From NCBI GenBank assembly GCA_051362555.1, contig CM120642.1, positions 29,822,001 to 29,886,000 of the forward strand: a DNA stretch of 64,000 bases. Reading direction: 5' to 3'. A program made the position numbers and the translations under genes. The DNA is from Lingula anatina (Eukaryota; Animalia; Brachiopoda). The notes below the pieces were generated by a model. It saw nothing but the letters and a program-made list of their open reading frames with translations. It did not search any database and had not been told where the DNA came from. Of this stretch, positions 36,702-50,100 are shown one piece after another (position 1 is the first letter of the stretch; each line of letters opens with the position of its first letter).

Positions 36702-37728
36702 CTGAAAGGAGAATGTGCCAGCGGATTAGACCGCAATTTGCTCACCCACCTGCTTGATGACTGCGCTAAAATAGCTGAGTCACTAAATCAATAAGGAGCG
36801 TCCATTTTGGCAGCTTAGGGCCCATATTACAGGTCGTTTTTCATGGTGATCAACGTTAAAGAATCTTTGAAGATGGAGGGCGCGGACATATTATCTGATA
36901 AACTTAATAATCCAGGTTTTTAAATCATCTCACTTCAAAAATCTTTTGGTTAGGATGCTGGGAAACCAAACAAGGAGCTCCGTTTTTATGTGTGGGAGCA
37001 TTAATAGAATGAAATGAGAATGTACCGGGATCTCATGACAGTACCGCAATTGCCTTCGACCATCCTACTGCTATGTCTAAAACACATATACCTTTACGTA
37101 TAGCAAACCTTCTTCAACAAGAAAGAATAATTGGCGATTTTTTAATTTGTTTACAAAATGTACTGAACTTTGGGATGCTTACAAAATCGTGGTTAAAAAT
37201 TCTTGTTACGAGGTCTGATAGCTAAATCACCATTTGAATGAACGGGTAAAGTCACTGAAACGCTACATGTACACTTACTGAAATTACAAAATGTTCATGA
37301 CACTGGCATAAAAAACTGATGTGACAGTAATGGTAGTCCTTGGAATGGAAACTCTGTGTCCAAAATGATTAAGAACAGATTAGGGTAAGCCGTAAGTATA
37401 CTGGTAAGTAAACAGGATAAAACAACGTTAATTACTGTACAAAGTAAATGGGACAGGGGACAAGGTTCCTAGGAGTCTACCATTCTTGTCACACCGGAAA
37501 AAAATGACAATCCATCTTAATGGTAAAACCACCTGTAGCCAGCAATTTCATAAGGGGAATTCTTTTCCTGAAAAGAGGGACCTTTGTCCCCATTAGCTGA
37601 TCCAATTTGAGAAATGGCACAAATCGAATTTGATTCAGAGTGGACCTTTTCTGGCCAAACAGGCTTTCTTTCAAACCCCTCTAGCCACACTGCTGGCAAC
37701 AGGCTTGAAACGGATTTTATCCACTCAC

Positions 37729-37862
37729 TGTCAAAACCACTTTCACTGCACAAATAGCCCGTGTAGCTCTCTAGGACTTCGACTGATTTTAAGAACATTT
37801 TTTTCGCGTCGACACATTTCGGTCGAACTGGCAGTAGACAGGCCTGCATGGTCCCATACTCC
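37729..37862 (-). CDS. Secreted 12-Cys protein B, exon 2
   Basis: Acceptor tttcgttgtag, donor A|gtgagt. Encodes EYGTMQACLLPVRPKCVDAKKMFLKSVEVLESYTGYLCSESGFD. Phases 2 and 1. Confidence 0.82.
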
Positions 37863-38875
37863 CTACAACGAAACAAAAAAAGGCCGTTAAGAACAAAAAC
37901 AGCACTATACGCAAGAGGGCTACGCGCACTCAGCCACATGCCTATTTGGCACTCTTGTCTACATTTTGTCCTTTTGTTGCCAAGACGATGCAACAAGCTT
38001 GTAGGGAATTATAATTATTTCCTTTTGCTTCCAGTGCTTGGTTTTGCTAAAGTAAAAACTCCAAGCATGAGGTCGTCATGGTTAAGTACAATGACACCCT
38101 TGTTGTTGTAGGTCATAAATTTCGCTTACACAAGGGACTTCAGGTTTATGGTTGCTGTTGCCCGCTTGATAAAAACAAATCTAAAAACTTAAAAACCATT
38201 ATTGCAAGAGTTTCAAAATATTGAAGCACAACAAAACGATTTAGCATTTTTCACATGTGTAATAAAATTATGTTTACCAAAATATTTGCAAATGAAATAA
38301 TACTTTCAAAATGAATACAATAAGATGACGGTTTCTGCATTTCTCTCGTATAAGTAAACAACATCTGGCGTTATTCGCGTGGAACCATTTGTCTTACATT
38401 TATGCAGTCTCCTTATACCATTCTCGTACATTAAGGCCGAAGAAGAGCCATCTCCAGGGACTGCCAGCAAGTGAAACCCACATTAAGGAAACCGTCGGTA
38501 ATTTTTTTCCTCTGTGGGACGGAAATTGGAATGGAAATTGTTTGTGATTTTTTCCACGGAAGCAATATGTCAAATTTTAATTTCCTTCGCCCAATTAAAA
38601 TATTTTCAGCAAACATTACTGCATTTTGGATCAAAATTTCTCTTGGCGTGCTCGAATGCATAGTAATCACTTCCATTTAATATTTAAAGCATCGATGGTT
38701 TCCCGACAACTACATTTACATGTAGTTTTAGTATTTTATATGCTTATAATTATAAAACATGCACACCCATTATACAAAGTAGAATCATTTTGACACAAAT
38801 AATTTACCTGTTATATTTTTATGTAAAATGTCCTTTGCGCTGAAAATCCGTTGATGCAGTCATGTGCATTTATAC

Positions 38876-39237
38876 CCCAGAAAACACGGAACGTTGTTAA
38901 CGTTACCATAACGTTACCATGAGGATTCATGTTAATTCACCGTATAGATCTTGATAAAAATAGAAGTATATATATTGATGCACCTTGAAAGATCTACGTT
39001 ATAGTTGTAAAATACAATCCGAGGAGTTTGTTGTTTTTTTTTTTTTTTTTCATTTTTTGTTCATAATCCCCGAAGAAGGCCCAGGGACCGAAAGCTCGGA
39101 TTGTATTTTACAACTATATAATGTACATTTTTCAAGGTGCATCAATATATATACTTCTATTCATAACGTTACCATAAACGTTTGTTGGTTAAATAAACGT
39201 AATGATAACGTTATAATAACGTTCTTTGTTTCCTGGG
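38876..39237. mobile_element. Nested repeat: an outer TIR element (cccag...ctggg) interrupted by an inner fold-back at 38959-39161
   Basis: Outer ends cccagaaaacacggaacgtt and aacgttctttgtttcctggg, with internal aacgttaccat repeats. Inner arms of about 65 bp: aatagaagtatatatattgatgcaccttgaaa...tagttgtaaaatacaatccgag and the reverse complement. Confidence 0.7.
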
Positions 39238-39314
39238 CACCATGTACTGTACTTGGGGTATTGCTGTTTAATGAATAAATGCATTGTACCACATTAAACA
39301 CCACCTAGACGTAC

Positions 39315-39532
39315 CTGCACACTGCGGCCATCTTCTCTTTACTTCCCAAATTTGTCGTGGAGATGGCGTAACCCATTTCTTCAGTGGCATTTATGAATGG
39401 GGTCAAGCATCGCGCCACGTTTTCTGGCGTGCACTCATCGGAAGCCTCTGAGGTTAGCAGGACTGAAAGAACGAGAAACAGTACAGAACCTGTACAGAGC
39501 TGTTGGTGCCCACCACGCCCTCTTGTTGTCAT
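39315..39532 (-). CDS. Secreted 12-Cys protein B, first coding exon (signal peptide and first three Cys)
   Basis: ataATG start. Encodes MTTRGRGGHQQLCTGSVLFLVLSVLLTSEAS/DECTPENVARCLTPFINATEEMG...AAVCR. Donor AG|gtacgt, phase 2. Confidence 0.82.
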
Positions 39533-42500
39533 TATTTTTGTTGTCACTGGAAACACCTTGATCCCGAGAAAAATAAAGCCCTCCTTCGCCCGTCGTTCTA
39601 GCAGACCTGATGTATGCAATTTCGAAACATTTGGTTTTTATACGCTTTGATGCAGAAGCATCCCATGAGATATCTCCACATATGGTTTGTTAGTAATACC
39701 CCAGAGGACCTGGTTTCTTCGATCTTTTGACATACCAAAGTTATGTAATATCAAAGTTGAATCGCATCCAGAACTAGATAACACCGGATGTTTCTACAAA
39801 TTTTGGCGATTTCCAAAGAATATACAAAAGTTACCATAATAATTTAATCAGCCATTAGATCTCTTCTGATCATTCTTATGGAAAAAAAGAAAGCAGCGGT
39901 CGACACTTCAAAATTGTTTTCTTCACCGCACCAGATATGACGTCAGAACCGGTAATTCAATTATATCACTACGATGTAAATATTCGGAAGTAAGTAACCG
40001 CAATCTTCGCATGACGAGCAATTACCTCGACCACATAAGACGGAAAAGGGTCTTGAAAACATTCTGTGATGACTCATTTCAAAGATGCCTCAAGTACCAC
40101 ATAGGTCCCTTTCCAATAGATGCCATCGGTCTACGTGGATCGACCCAACTCCGCAAGGACTCTCGCTGACAGCAATCAGCTTCACTGAATGACACCAGGA
40201 GGATATCATAAGCATAGCACTCATTCTTTTTAAAAGATCTCAGGTGTCAGAAGTCACGCTCGTTGCCTTATCCTGGATTTGGATCCTGTTGGATACCCAC
40301 AACTGTTTTGAAGCAACGAGCGTGAGGTAAGGTTCGTCAATGGGAGCAAAAATGGGCTTTGTTTATGTTTTCACTGCACGGGTTGATTACTGTACCTAGC
40401 TATCAAGAAATGTCAGCCTTGCGTTTATCATTCAACAGTTGTCAAAGTACCTATGACAAAAGCAATTCAACCATACATTATGCATTTAATTAAAAGCTCC
40501 CTGCCTGAATAAAACATCGTGTCAATATAAGTATGGTAACAATTGCCCATACAGACTAAATTCATTCCGTAGGCCTATGTACACATGCCCAGAGTTTTCG
40601 GACCCTGTAGCTACTTTTTAAGCCAAAATACAAGAAAAGTTTGGTGACCTTAAATGGCCAATCAGTGAATGATTATACATGAACGCGCTGGATTCGACAG
40701 AACGAAATTACAGTTAATCCCCCCTTGGTAAAAGTTTAGTTTAGTTCAAAGCTGCTTCATGTGTATACATGGACTTCGGTGGTATCCATTTTTTAACCAA
40801 GTTTATAGAGACATTAAGCATCCTACGGCTAATTTGTTAGACACAAAGAAGTCAGTTGGCAAAGTGACAGTTACATATGTAGTTCAATCTAATTGTTGTA
40901 TTACAGAAGATCTGTGCATATCGTACCTTGCAGTGGATACCACTATAACCCCTCGGAAAGTATCTGCCAGATACATGCACAACGGGTACTTTGATGATGC
41001 CACCATCAGAGTGAATGACATAATACATGACAAACTTGTCAATAAAGAATAACATGCTACTTCCCTACTCTGATGTTAAGAGACTGTCCAACCGTGGCCG
41101 CTTTTACAGAAGCAAAAAAGAGAGCGTCCCTAGGGAAATGCAAACGTTAATACGATTCGTCAGCCGGGCTACTATCTTCAATCCCTGGTCATTCTGATTA
41201 TTTCTAGGACGAGGACGGCAATGCCCTGTAGACATGACCTGGGTATCTAACTGTTATACCCGCCCGCTTGATGACCTTGACGACGATGTCTGGACTTCAG
41301 CTGGTGAAAATAGTTTTTGAGTGCGACGAGGTTTAAGTATGGACCAAAGACGTCATTGATATGTATGTATGTATTCTCTCCTCACAATGATATTTCGTTT
41401 TGGTCCAACCCTTCTACACGAGCTCAAAGGGGCCTCACTTTGGGGTGAAAGAAAAAAATCTGCATTTTTTTACATTTTAGATACTGGTTTCATTTAGAGT
41501 ACCATGAAGCATTGAATTTTTGTTCACGACTTCAATGGACATTAACCTAAGTGGATTATGATGGTGATTTTTTCCTATCCTTTGTAAACCTGCATTTTCA
41601 ATTAGACATAAAGTGTCAAAGGATGTTTCATGAGTGTAGGGTCATTAAATTTATAATTAAATAATAAGAAATCAATAAATAAACCCAACAATAAACTAGA
41701 AAAAATGTTCTCGCAAATGCTAATTGATTCGAGGCTGTACCTTTGGCGATTAAGAAGCAGAGTAAGGCCTCACACTGGGGCAACAATCAGCCAAATCCAC
41801 ACCCATACTTGCTTCAGCTGAGCGCCCATGGTATCTGATTTATTTTTAAAAAAATACGTAATCAAAAAGGATTATTTTTGAGCCGGAACGAAATATTTTT
41901 TTACAGTGGTAATCAAATTGTTGCAAACCAATTGTGTGATTTAGGTCTAAATCAGATTAATATATCCATGAGAGGTTGGATTACAATGGTTATACATTGA
42001 CTTTCAACATGGTATTTTACTTGAGGTGTTGAGAAACACCTTGTTGATTTTACTTTAATCTGACATATTTTCTTGGGACATATATTTTTGAAAATTAACT
42101 CATGATAATTAGATTAACCACACCAAGAGGGAATTGATGGTAATCATTCAAGTAAATAAGTTCTTGCTACGCATTTTGAGACCCATGCGCATGCTACCTT
42201 ATGTATAACTCACACTGCTATCAAAACTGTGACAAAATGCCCCATTAAAAAGAGAAAGAAGAAAGCCTAATGAACCTGATTAACAACTATAAACAGGTGA
42301 CATTCGATCACTGCCATACTTAATTGCGTCACTGTTTGTTTGAGACGTGGCGACAAAATCGATATCCCGGCGTAATAGCAAGTTGGGTGTCGTAGATCCG
42401 TCTTAATTAACTTGTCTCTCAAGACCTTAATCGTTTATACCCAAAGGGGAAAGGCCAGGCATTGGTTATGTTATCCCCTTGTGCAGTAGACCATATGAAT

Positions 42501-43161
42501 ACCAGTGGGATACACAGTGGAGTGCGGATACACAGGGAAAGAGAATGTTTTGAAAAATGTTTTGTTGGGAGACGATAGACATAAATAGCCGCTAATTATG
42601 CTTTGGGCGTCGAGCGTTTTTTAACGGATACCCTCTGATTTTCCCTTAAAAATAGCAGTGTAAGGAGGAAATTGCATTGATTGTATAACGTGTGGGTTTT
42701 TTTCTATTGAACGTGTCCATTAGGTCTATTTGCTGTCATACGTTCCCTGCAGGAAAGTTATTCCGTGAAGCATTTCAAGCCGCAATATCTCACAGACGTG
42801 TTGTATTCAATAGTTTTCATTACGATTATTGTTAGACGACATACCATTTCAAGTGCATTTAAATAGATCAATTGACAGATAGTGATACATTCCAGCCAAT
42901 TATCAACAAAAAAAGTTCGGCACGACAGAATTTCTTCGGTTTGCCCCAAGGAACAGAAATATTCTCGTCAAAGTATATTCTCCCGTATATTACTAGAGGC
43001 AATACCGTTTAAGTGAGCAAATGCTTACAAGCTCACTGTATCTGTATCTTGCTCCATAAGGAAAGGAGACTCTTATGTAATCATCTTGCACATTTACTTA
43101 AACCTAGAATGTCACATGTATGCGTATAGCAAATCGGTTCTTCTGAAGTGGGCATGAAAAT

Positions 43162-43214
<53 letters not shown>

Positions 43215-46200
43215 GAAAACGTGGCCTCGGGGAGCCCTACAATACTGTTTACAATGTAAATAAATAAGCTATCAAACATGCATCTTGTCTTCCCCTAATC
43301 CACATGCCTCTGCCATAAATCTACATAAAACCTTTATTGTTTTTTTTTCAATGTTATTTTATAATATTAAGTGCTCATCCAACAGTATGCACTAAACCCG
43401 AAACAGGTGCCATTTCAAATCGCAAAATGGCAAAATAGCACCTGAAATTTTCCAGATTTTATTTGACGTGGGATCTCCTTAGGGTTTTAACGCTTGCATA
43501 TTTATTTATTTATCAATTTATTTATTTTGCTTTTATGAAGAACCATACAAGTACAAACTGCCGTCTTATCAACATGGGGATTGGCAACACCGCCAGCTCC
43601 AATTTGAGAGGCTCCATGAAATATATGCACAAACAGATCAATCCGTTTCACGCTCTGTCTAAAATGAAGCCCCTTTAAGTCAAATTGCTTTTTTCAATTA
43701 AGTAACTCAAATGCTTCCTTAGGGTTATTGCATTTTTTCGGAATTTCGCTTCACAATATCAAATCGGAAATTGCATTGATTGGGCAACACGTTTTGTATT
43801 GAGTGTTTCCAATTTGTGGCTTTTTGGCGTTACATCCGCCCTGTAGGCATGATTACTTGTATACCCTTCCAGTTACAGCCTATTCAGTAGTTTTTATTAC
43901 ACAGCTTGTCATTAATTGTCCCCTATCAATAGCATTACACAAGATGAAGAAAATTGATTGTAATAAATATTGCCCAAATATCGACAAACACATCATCGAT
44001 CATCGTGACACATCTGGTAGTATTTCGACAGAGCATACTAAGTACGTTTCACATAGGTTGCAATTGGTTTTTCAGTTGAGATGGGTAAGGAGTTATTAAG
44101 CCTAGGTTGGCTACCACAAGACGACAGCATCAAGAATGAACCATTGTACGGCAGCATTTGTATAACCTTGGCATATAAGCGGTAGTCCAACTATGGAAGC
44201 ATCCATGTACATAATCCATGAACTAAATACTTAGAACTTGGTTTAAGTTTTTCATAATAAAATATTTGTTTTTGAAAATATGCCAAAACTTTCCTCTCTT
44301 TGTTTAATAATGAACGGCTAATGTGCCTATGTGACAACTTTAATTAAATGATGTCCACGTGAAATCATTACGACGTCATAAAGGAGTTCGTTTTCGCTTT
44401 TGAAAAGACCAATACTCTTTGACGTGACTGTAAATAGTTCATGATGACTCGATTCATGCCCGAGTAAAGGCCGAGTTTTAAGACCTGTGTCTGAAAATGA
44501 ACGCGGACTTATCCATCAACCTCACAATAAATTCATTCTTAACTCTAAATCACACCATAAACGTTTCAAATACCGTTCTCATCTCAGTCGTATGAGAAGG
44601 CATTAGTGGCCATTACTGGAAAAGATGTCACATTAGAGCACACGAATGAGGCCTATCCGAAGAATTTATGAAATATTAAAGAAGCATTGACATCAACGAA
44701 ATATATTCATTCATTGAAGATAAGCCAGCCGACACGCGTCCTAACATTTATCTTTCATCTCGTAATTAAGGATGAAACTTTATCAATAATTTGTAATAGA
44801 AAAGTGCGTATGTCAATGACGCTGTCTACTAAATCGTTAAACGAGTGGGCTCTCGCATTAGGAAATCATTATGTTGATAAATTACAACAGATATAACTTT
44901 TGAAACAAGGATATTTTACCAAAGAGTTGTAAAAGTAATAGTAAATTGAATGACATTTGACTTATATGAACAGTGTGCACGAAAAAAGTGTATTTTTAAC
45001 TGTTATAAGAGGCTGGTCAGAACATATGAACTCAACATTTGTGGAGTTACTGGAACTTCAACGTATGTGCACGCAGTGCAATCAGGACATTGACTTCAAT
45101 TGTAATTTCACAAAAACGCTGGGCGTTCTCTGTCAAGATTTAAGCGTAGCTGCCAGACACACAAATTACATTCTGTGCACGAAGCCGTGGGCTTTACTGC
45201 GACTATGCCAATGACGTCTAATTGATACGGGGCGCAAGTGTTCGTCTTACAAAAATTAACACGTTCTTACAATACAATGAATAAGAATGGCTGATACCCG
45301 AGTACCTCACTTATAAGCAGAAGTTATGGAAATCCTTGCAATAATCCAGCCAAATTTGTATTGTGATTAGTTCTGTGAAAAAAAACTCAAGGTGCTCAAA
45401 TGCTTGATATAATAACTCTAGTCGTCTATCATGTTGGTTAGAAGATTTTAACATAAACTACGTTTCATTTTGAGACGAAGAAGGTTCAGTAAATTACTCA
45501 GTACACTCCAAATACGTTGTTAAAAAGGTCAAATACTGTAGAATTTCGGATTCGAGCATTTTGAAAAGAGAAAGAAAAAACTGAGACGTCCTTTCAAAAA
45601 CCCATACGTACTAATATTCAAAACTGGGCATGATCCAAGTGACAAAAAAAAAAACTTAAGTCGAAACAGAAAGCATCAAGTAGAGCACAGTGCTACCGAA
45701 ACTTGTCAACACGCGGCATTATAAGAATGTTACAAATTCAAAGAGGAAGATCTGCAGCCAGGGAGCTGGTGGTTTTAGTCTCCTGCGCCAGTGTGTGTTT
45801 GGAATGGTGTACATGAGGGGTACAGGTAAAAGCTGCCTTGACTCCGCAGTATATACAGACTTGAAATTTAATATGGAATATTTCAGTTTCGAAGGTATGC
45901 CTAGGTAAAAATCCGTTCTTTTTTCAAAAAACTCCTATCCTATATATGATTTGTGAATGGAGAAGTGTGTAGTCAGGTGTGTCGCTACCAATTAACTGAC
46001 TTCCATGTCTGTTGAGCTGCTACATTGTGTAATATGCGGTGATTTAATTGGGTGGTGTTCCTTTGGGCTGGTCACTGCTTGGCTTAGGCAAAGCTTGGTT
46101 CTGTCAAAAAAGTATCCGTATGTCGGCAACTACTGCATAGAAGAATTTGAAATTTTGCATGCAAGCGGTCAGTTTTGAAGTGCTTAAAATGAACTAAGTA

Positions 46201-46399
46201 GTGCTTTACAAATTTGTTAATTTGTGGCAGAATGGTGCAATAAAGATAGACATTACCAGACAGATTAAAGCGCCAAACGGAACGGTCCACACAGTTTTAT
46301 AGAGTAATGCCCAGACTGATGTACATACACAGATGTCACACCCAATGCATCGAAATCTTACCTCAGGGGAACAGGACGCACTGTCTTTCGGGATATGCT

Positions 46400-47190
46400 G
46401 CTGCAACTTAACAAAAGCCACCCAGTCCGTTCAGAACAAAGGGCAAATTACCACCAAAATGTGTTTTTCAAGGCCCTTAACGAACACCAAACTGGTTTTA
46501 GCAGGTTAGAATACCAGACAACCTCCGAGGTACCCACTGTAAACAGCAAAACATCGTCGTCTGTTTCTCTAATGAATTGGGGGCCATGACCGTTTCTGGG
46601 TAGAACACTGAAACCACGTGGCTTTCTTTATTGAGGTCAGATTTCACCTGTGCCGCCCAACTAGTCAAAACAGAGTTTACAGACATCCAGAAGAGGCCTA
46701 CGACGAAGCATGTGCCGCGTCTGAAGTGACACGGGTCATTGACAGCGTCAGTATTTGGAGTGGATACCACATTGGTGCCAAAACACCAATGGTAGTCATT
46801 GACGAAAACCTTAACCAGATCAAATAAAGGAATAATCTGGGAATCACTTGACTATCACTTGATAGGGGGCACCTTAGGAACAATTTTAGGTTGCACGGTG
46901 AGATTGCCGGTTCACACAGAGCACTTTTAATAGCAAATAACTTACAGAACCAAGGGAATGAGCAGCTACCCTGGTCATCAAAATCGCTACATTTGAACCG
47001 CATAGACAATATGTGGGTAAGCCATTACTCGCCGAATCAACTGCCTACATGCCCTAAATCGAAACTGGACCAAATTGGACAATTTTGGACCGATGCCTGG
47101 AATAATATTCCAGATTGAACTCTAAAAACCTATCCCAAGGAATGCCTTGCCGCTTGAGAGCGCTGGTAACAGACAGAAGAGACCAGGCGT
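46400..47190 (+). mobile_element. Decayed Tc1/mariner-type transposase remnant
   Basis: Ordered fragments match Tc1 transposase landmarks: PL*TAKHRR; VAFFIEVRFHL...RVYRHPEEAY (cf. VLFSDESRF..RVWR); SVSIWSG...TPMVVIDENLN (cf. SVMVWG..L..IDGNLN); LPWSSKSLHLNRIDNMW (cf. WPxxSPDLNPIExxW); WNNIP; MPCRLRALV. Contains stops and frameshifts, and the catalytic acidic residues are altered. Confidence 0.85.
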
Positions 47191-50100
47191 AACAGCGACC
47201 GTTACTATGACTAAACACTGACATGAGGGTCCTTTGTGGAGCGTGTAACTCTTTTACAGACGATAATTTGGAAAATATGGAGATCCAAAATATCTCTTTT
47301 AATGGATGTGGTATGACATAGAATAGGCAATGCATTTCTGTTTGCTTCAATGTCGAATTCAACCAATGAGCTGATGTCACCATGACATTAAAGAGATAAT
47401 TTAAAATTATTAAAACACGATTTTAATCCTTATTTTCATTTATCAGTCAGCAAAATAGGAAAAAACTGATGAAAAATGACTTGCAAAAAAATATTCCATA
47501 TTAAATGTCAAGTCTGTAGCTGGTTAGCATTACCCTGTTATAAACGGTCGATATTTGATGGAAATAGGTAATTAGGAATGAGTTATTAAGTTACACAATT
47601 AGCCAAGATAGTATCCCCTCGGGAGTGTAATGACACGCAATGAATAGTGTACGATAAACAATTATGCTCCATACCACATGCATTTATGTAATTTGATTGG
47701 ACTTTTTACAGGTTTCATTTGATCCGATGAGTGATTGTAAAAGAGCCTGGTAAGTGGGAGGAAAACAATATATCTAATTGACAAAGGACATTTTGTCATG
47801 CAACCAGGTTTTGCGGTAAATTTACACTGCTAAAGGGCATAGACAGCGTTAGAAATTGTTAAGGGGTCCCTTATTATTCATATCGCTAGCAGCAATTACT
47901 TAGCTCCATATTCAGATGACTTTATCAAGGGAGGGCATTCAGCGAAAATGAATTGATTACAGAAAATACAGAAGAAACAAGCTTTGACACTTCATGAAAA
48001 CATACAGTCATCGGGGGATATTTTTTTCTAAATCTCATTTTGTATCTGTAGGTTTTATGTAGCAAGGATCTGATTTCTTTTTACCAACTTGTCATTAATA
48101 TTGGCATAGGGCAATGTATCCCTTTGCAAAAGTTATCCGATTTCTGTCAAAACGACGTTAGCCCCTTATGAGACAGTATCTACATTGAGCCGGATATCAC
48201 CTCCTTTTTCAGTGCCACGGTTAAGGCAAAGAAATCGATCAGTCGTCAAGTTTTCATCAAACGGAAAATGGAACGATTTTTTCTTTCAAAAAAAAAAAAA
48301 AAAAATCAAAAACGTCAGCGAATACTGTGTTTTCTTCAGCATTTGCTGTCATTTTACCCAACCTTTGCCTTTTACAGGAATATGTTTCGTTTGCACTGTT
48401 AAGGCCTCTCTCACTTTTGAGATAACTTGGCAATCTATATTGCCCTTAGTATTAAAAATTAATGATAAAATGTTTGGCTATATAGCCAAGACTTTCAGAG
48501 AATTCTTATTTCTAAACCTTATTCGGTAAACGTAATCTTCATTCACACAACCCAATTACCGTTATTCTGCAAGTCTCCAAAGAGTGGCAGATAGACGAGA
48601 GGGAGTTAACTAAAGGCTTACAACGATTTAACTAAATTGGTTACATAATTACGTGCTTAATTCATTTCGACAATTCTTCAACACGGTCTGCCACCACATA
48701 TCCCCGCAGTGTATGGGGTATTTATAATAAATGGGATATTAGAAGGCATGAACTGAGTGTGAGGACAACTCGATTGCATAGGCGTGGATTGCAAAAGTGG
48801 CAATCGAGGAAACGGGCCATTACAAGCATCTTGGAATCGAAACACCTCGGAATACGGGAATTAAGTAAAGATAAGCGGTTTCGACTGGGGACAAAAGGCG
48901 TTGTTTTTTTTTCTTTTTTAATCTTGCTCTTATACGCATCTTCCCTGCGTATTTGCTTAGTGTTTATGCGTAGGTGTGACTCTCAGTGCGACTAGCGTAT
49001 GACCCCGCGGTTATTTTTTCTTCTTGTCTGGCCATTGCTTCTAAACTACTGTAAATGCCATTGGATAAGGTTTCCGAATGTTGAGTTTAAAAGAACTTGT
49101 GATAGTATGTACAAAGGACCTGAGCGGAAGATTCTTTTTCCTTCAAAAAGTTTTTGAAATGTTTGAGCATGTACTGTTCCATGTTGTTGCCGCAATTTCC
49201 GTAAAACAGTTAAAATTTCGTATTATACACCTATATGCTTATCTCTAACTGTTTATTCTTCAAATGTGATAACGTGCCCCTTGACATTTTGCTCAGTCTG
49301 CAGTCATTCATTTTTAAAGCCATCACCGATATGCCAGATATTTCGAAAAAAAACATACATTTCTTCCTGTGACAAGGAAATAAAAACCGTTTTTAGTGAT
49401 CCATCAAAAAGGCGAGGTGTGTTTTACATATGAACCGATTAATTCACTTTTCCGCTAGATTTTCGTGGAAATGTGTCATCACACTTAAGGGTTCGCAAGT
49501 TGGACTTCAGCGAATCCGGTCTTACAGTGTACATGTATACTCTTTCTCTCTCCTTTCAATTCTTTAGCTATGATACTATGCTCCCTTTTTCTACAAGTTA
49601 TGAGGCCAAATATATTTAAAATAAATCATAACGAAGACAGCGAAAACCTGATATAACGGCACAAATTTGACAGCCCATGCGAATTGAAAGATGGATGGTT
49701 TCATAATACGCGCCATGAAAAAAATACCTTGTGATAACACATAACATATTCCCTAATAACGGATAAAGTAAAGGAAATCACTTGATCAATAACAGGTTGC
49801 TGAAATATCGTCTGACAATTGTACAGACCAAACCAATCTATTCTCTATTTCAAAACCGTTTTTTTTTTTAGGAATACAAAATATCCAGAAAGATATAACA
49901 TGGCTAAATGGTAAAGATCTAATATGGCTAGAATGTTTCATCAGGCTGATGGTGGAAACGAAGAGTGGGGTGCCCACTTTCTACAGTACAGCTCTTACCA
50001 AGTCTGCCTGTGCAGGTCATGTTACGTTATGTGCCTGTTATACAGTATTCAAAAATATCACGCAACAAAAGGATGAATTTTGAAAGGACTCGTATCATTA

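Noticed and set aside
39533-39619. Longer N-terminus for protein B as given in the ORF track (from 39619)
   Set aside because: That ORF begins at a non-ATG codon. The ATG at 39532 directly precedes the signal peptide.
41200-41335. Possible small exon (ttatttctag acceptor; MTWVSNCYTRPLDDLDDDVWTSA)
   Set aside because: Weak donor, no partner exons and no similarity to anything I recognise.
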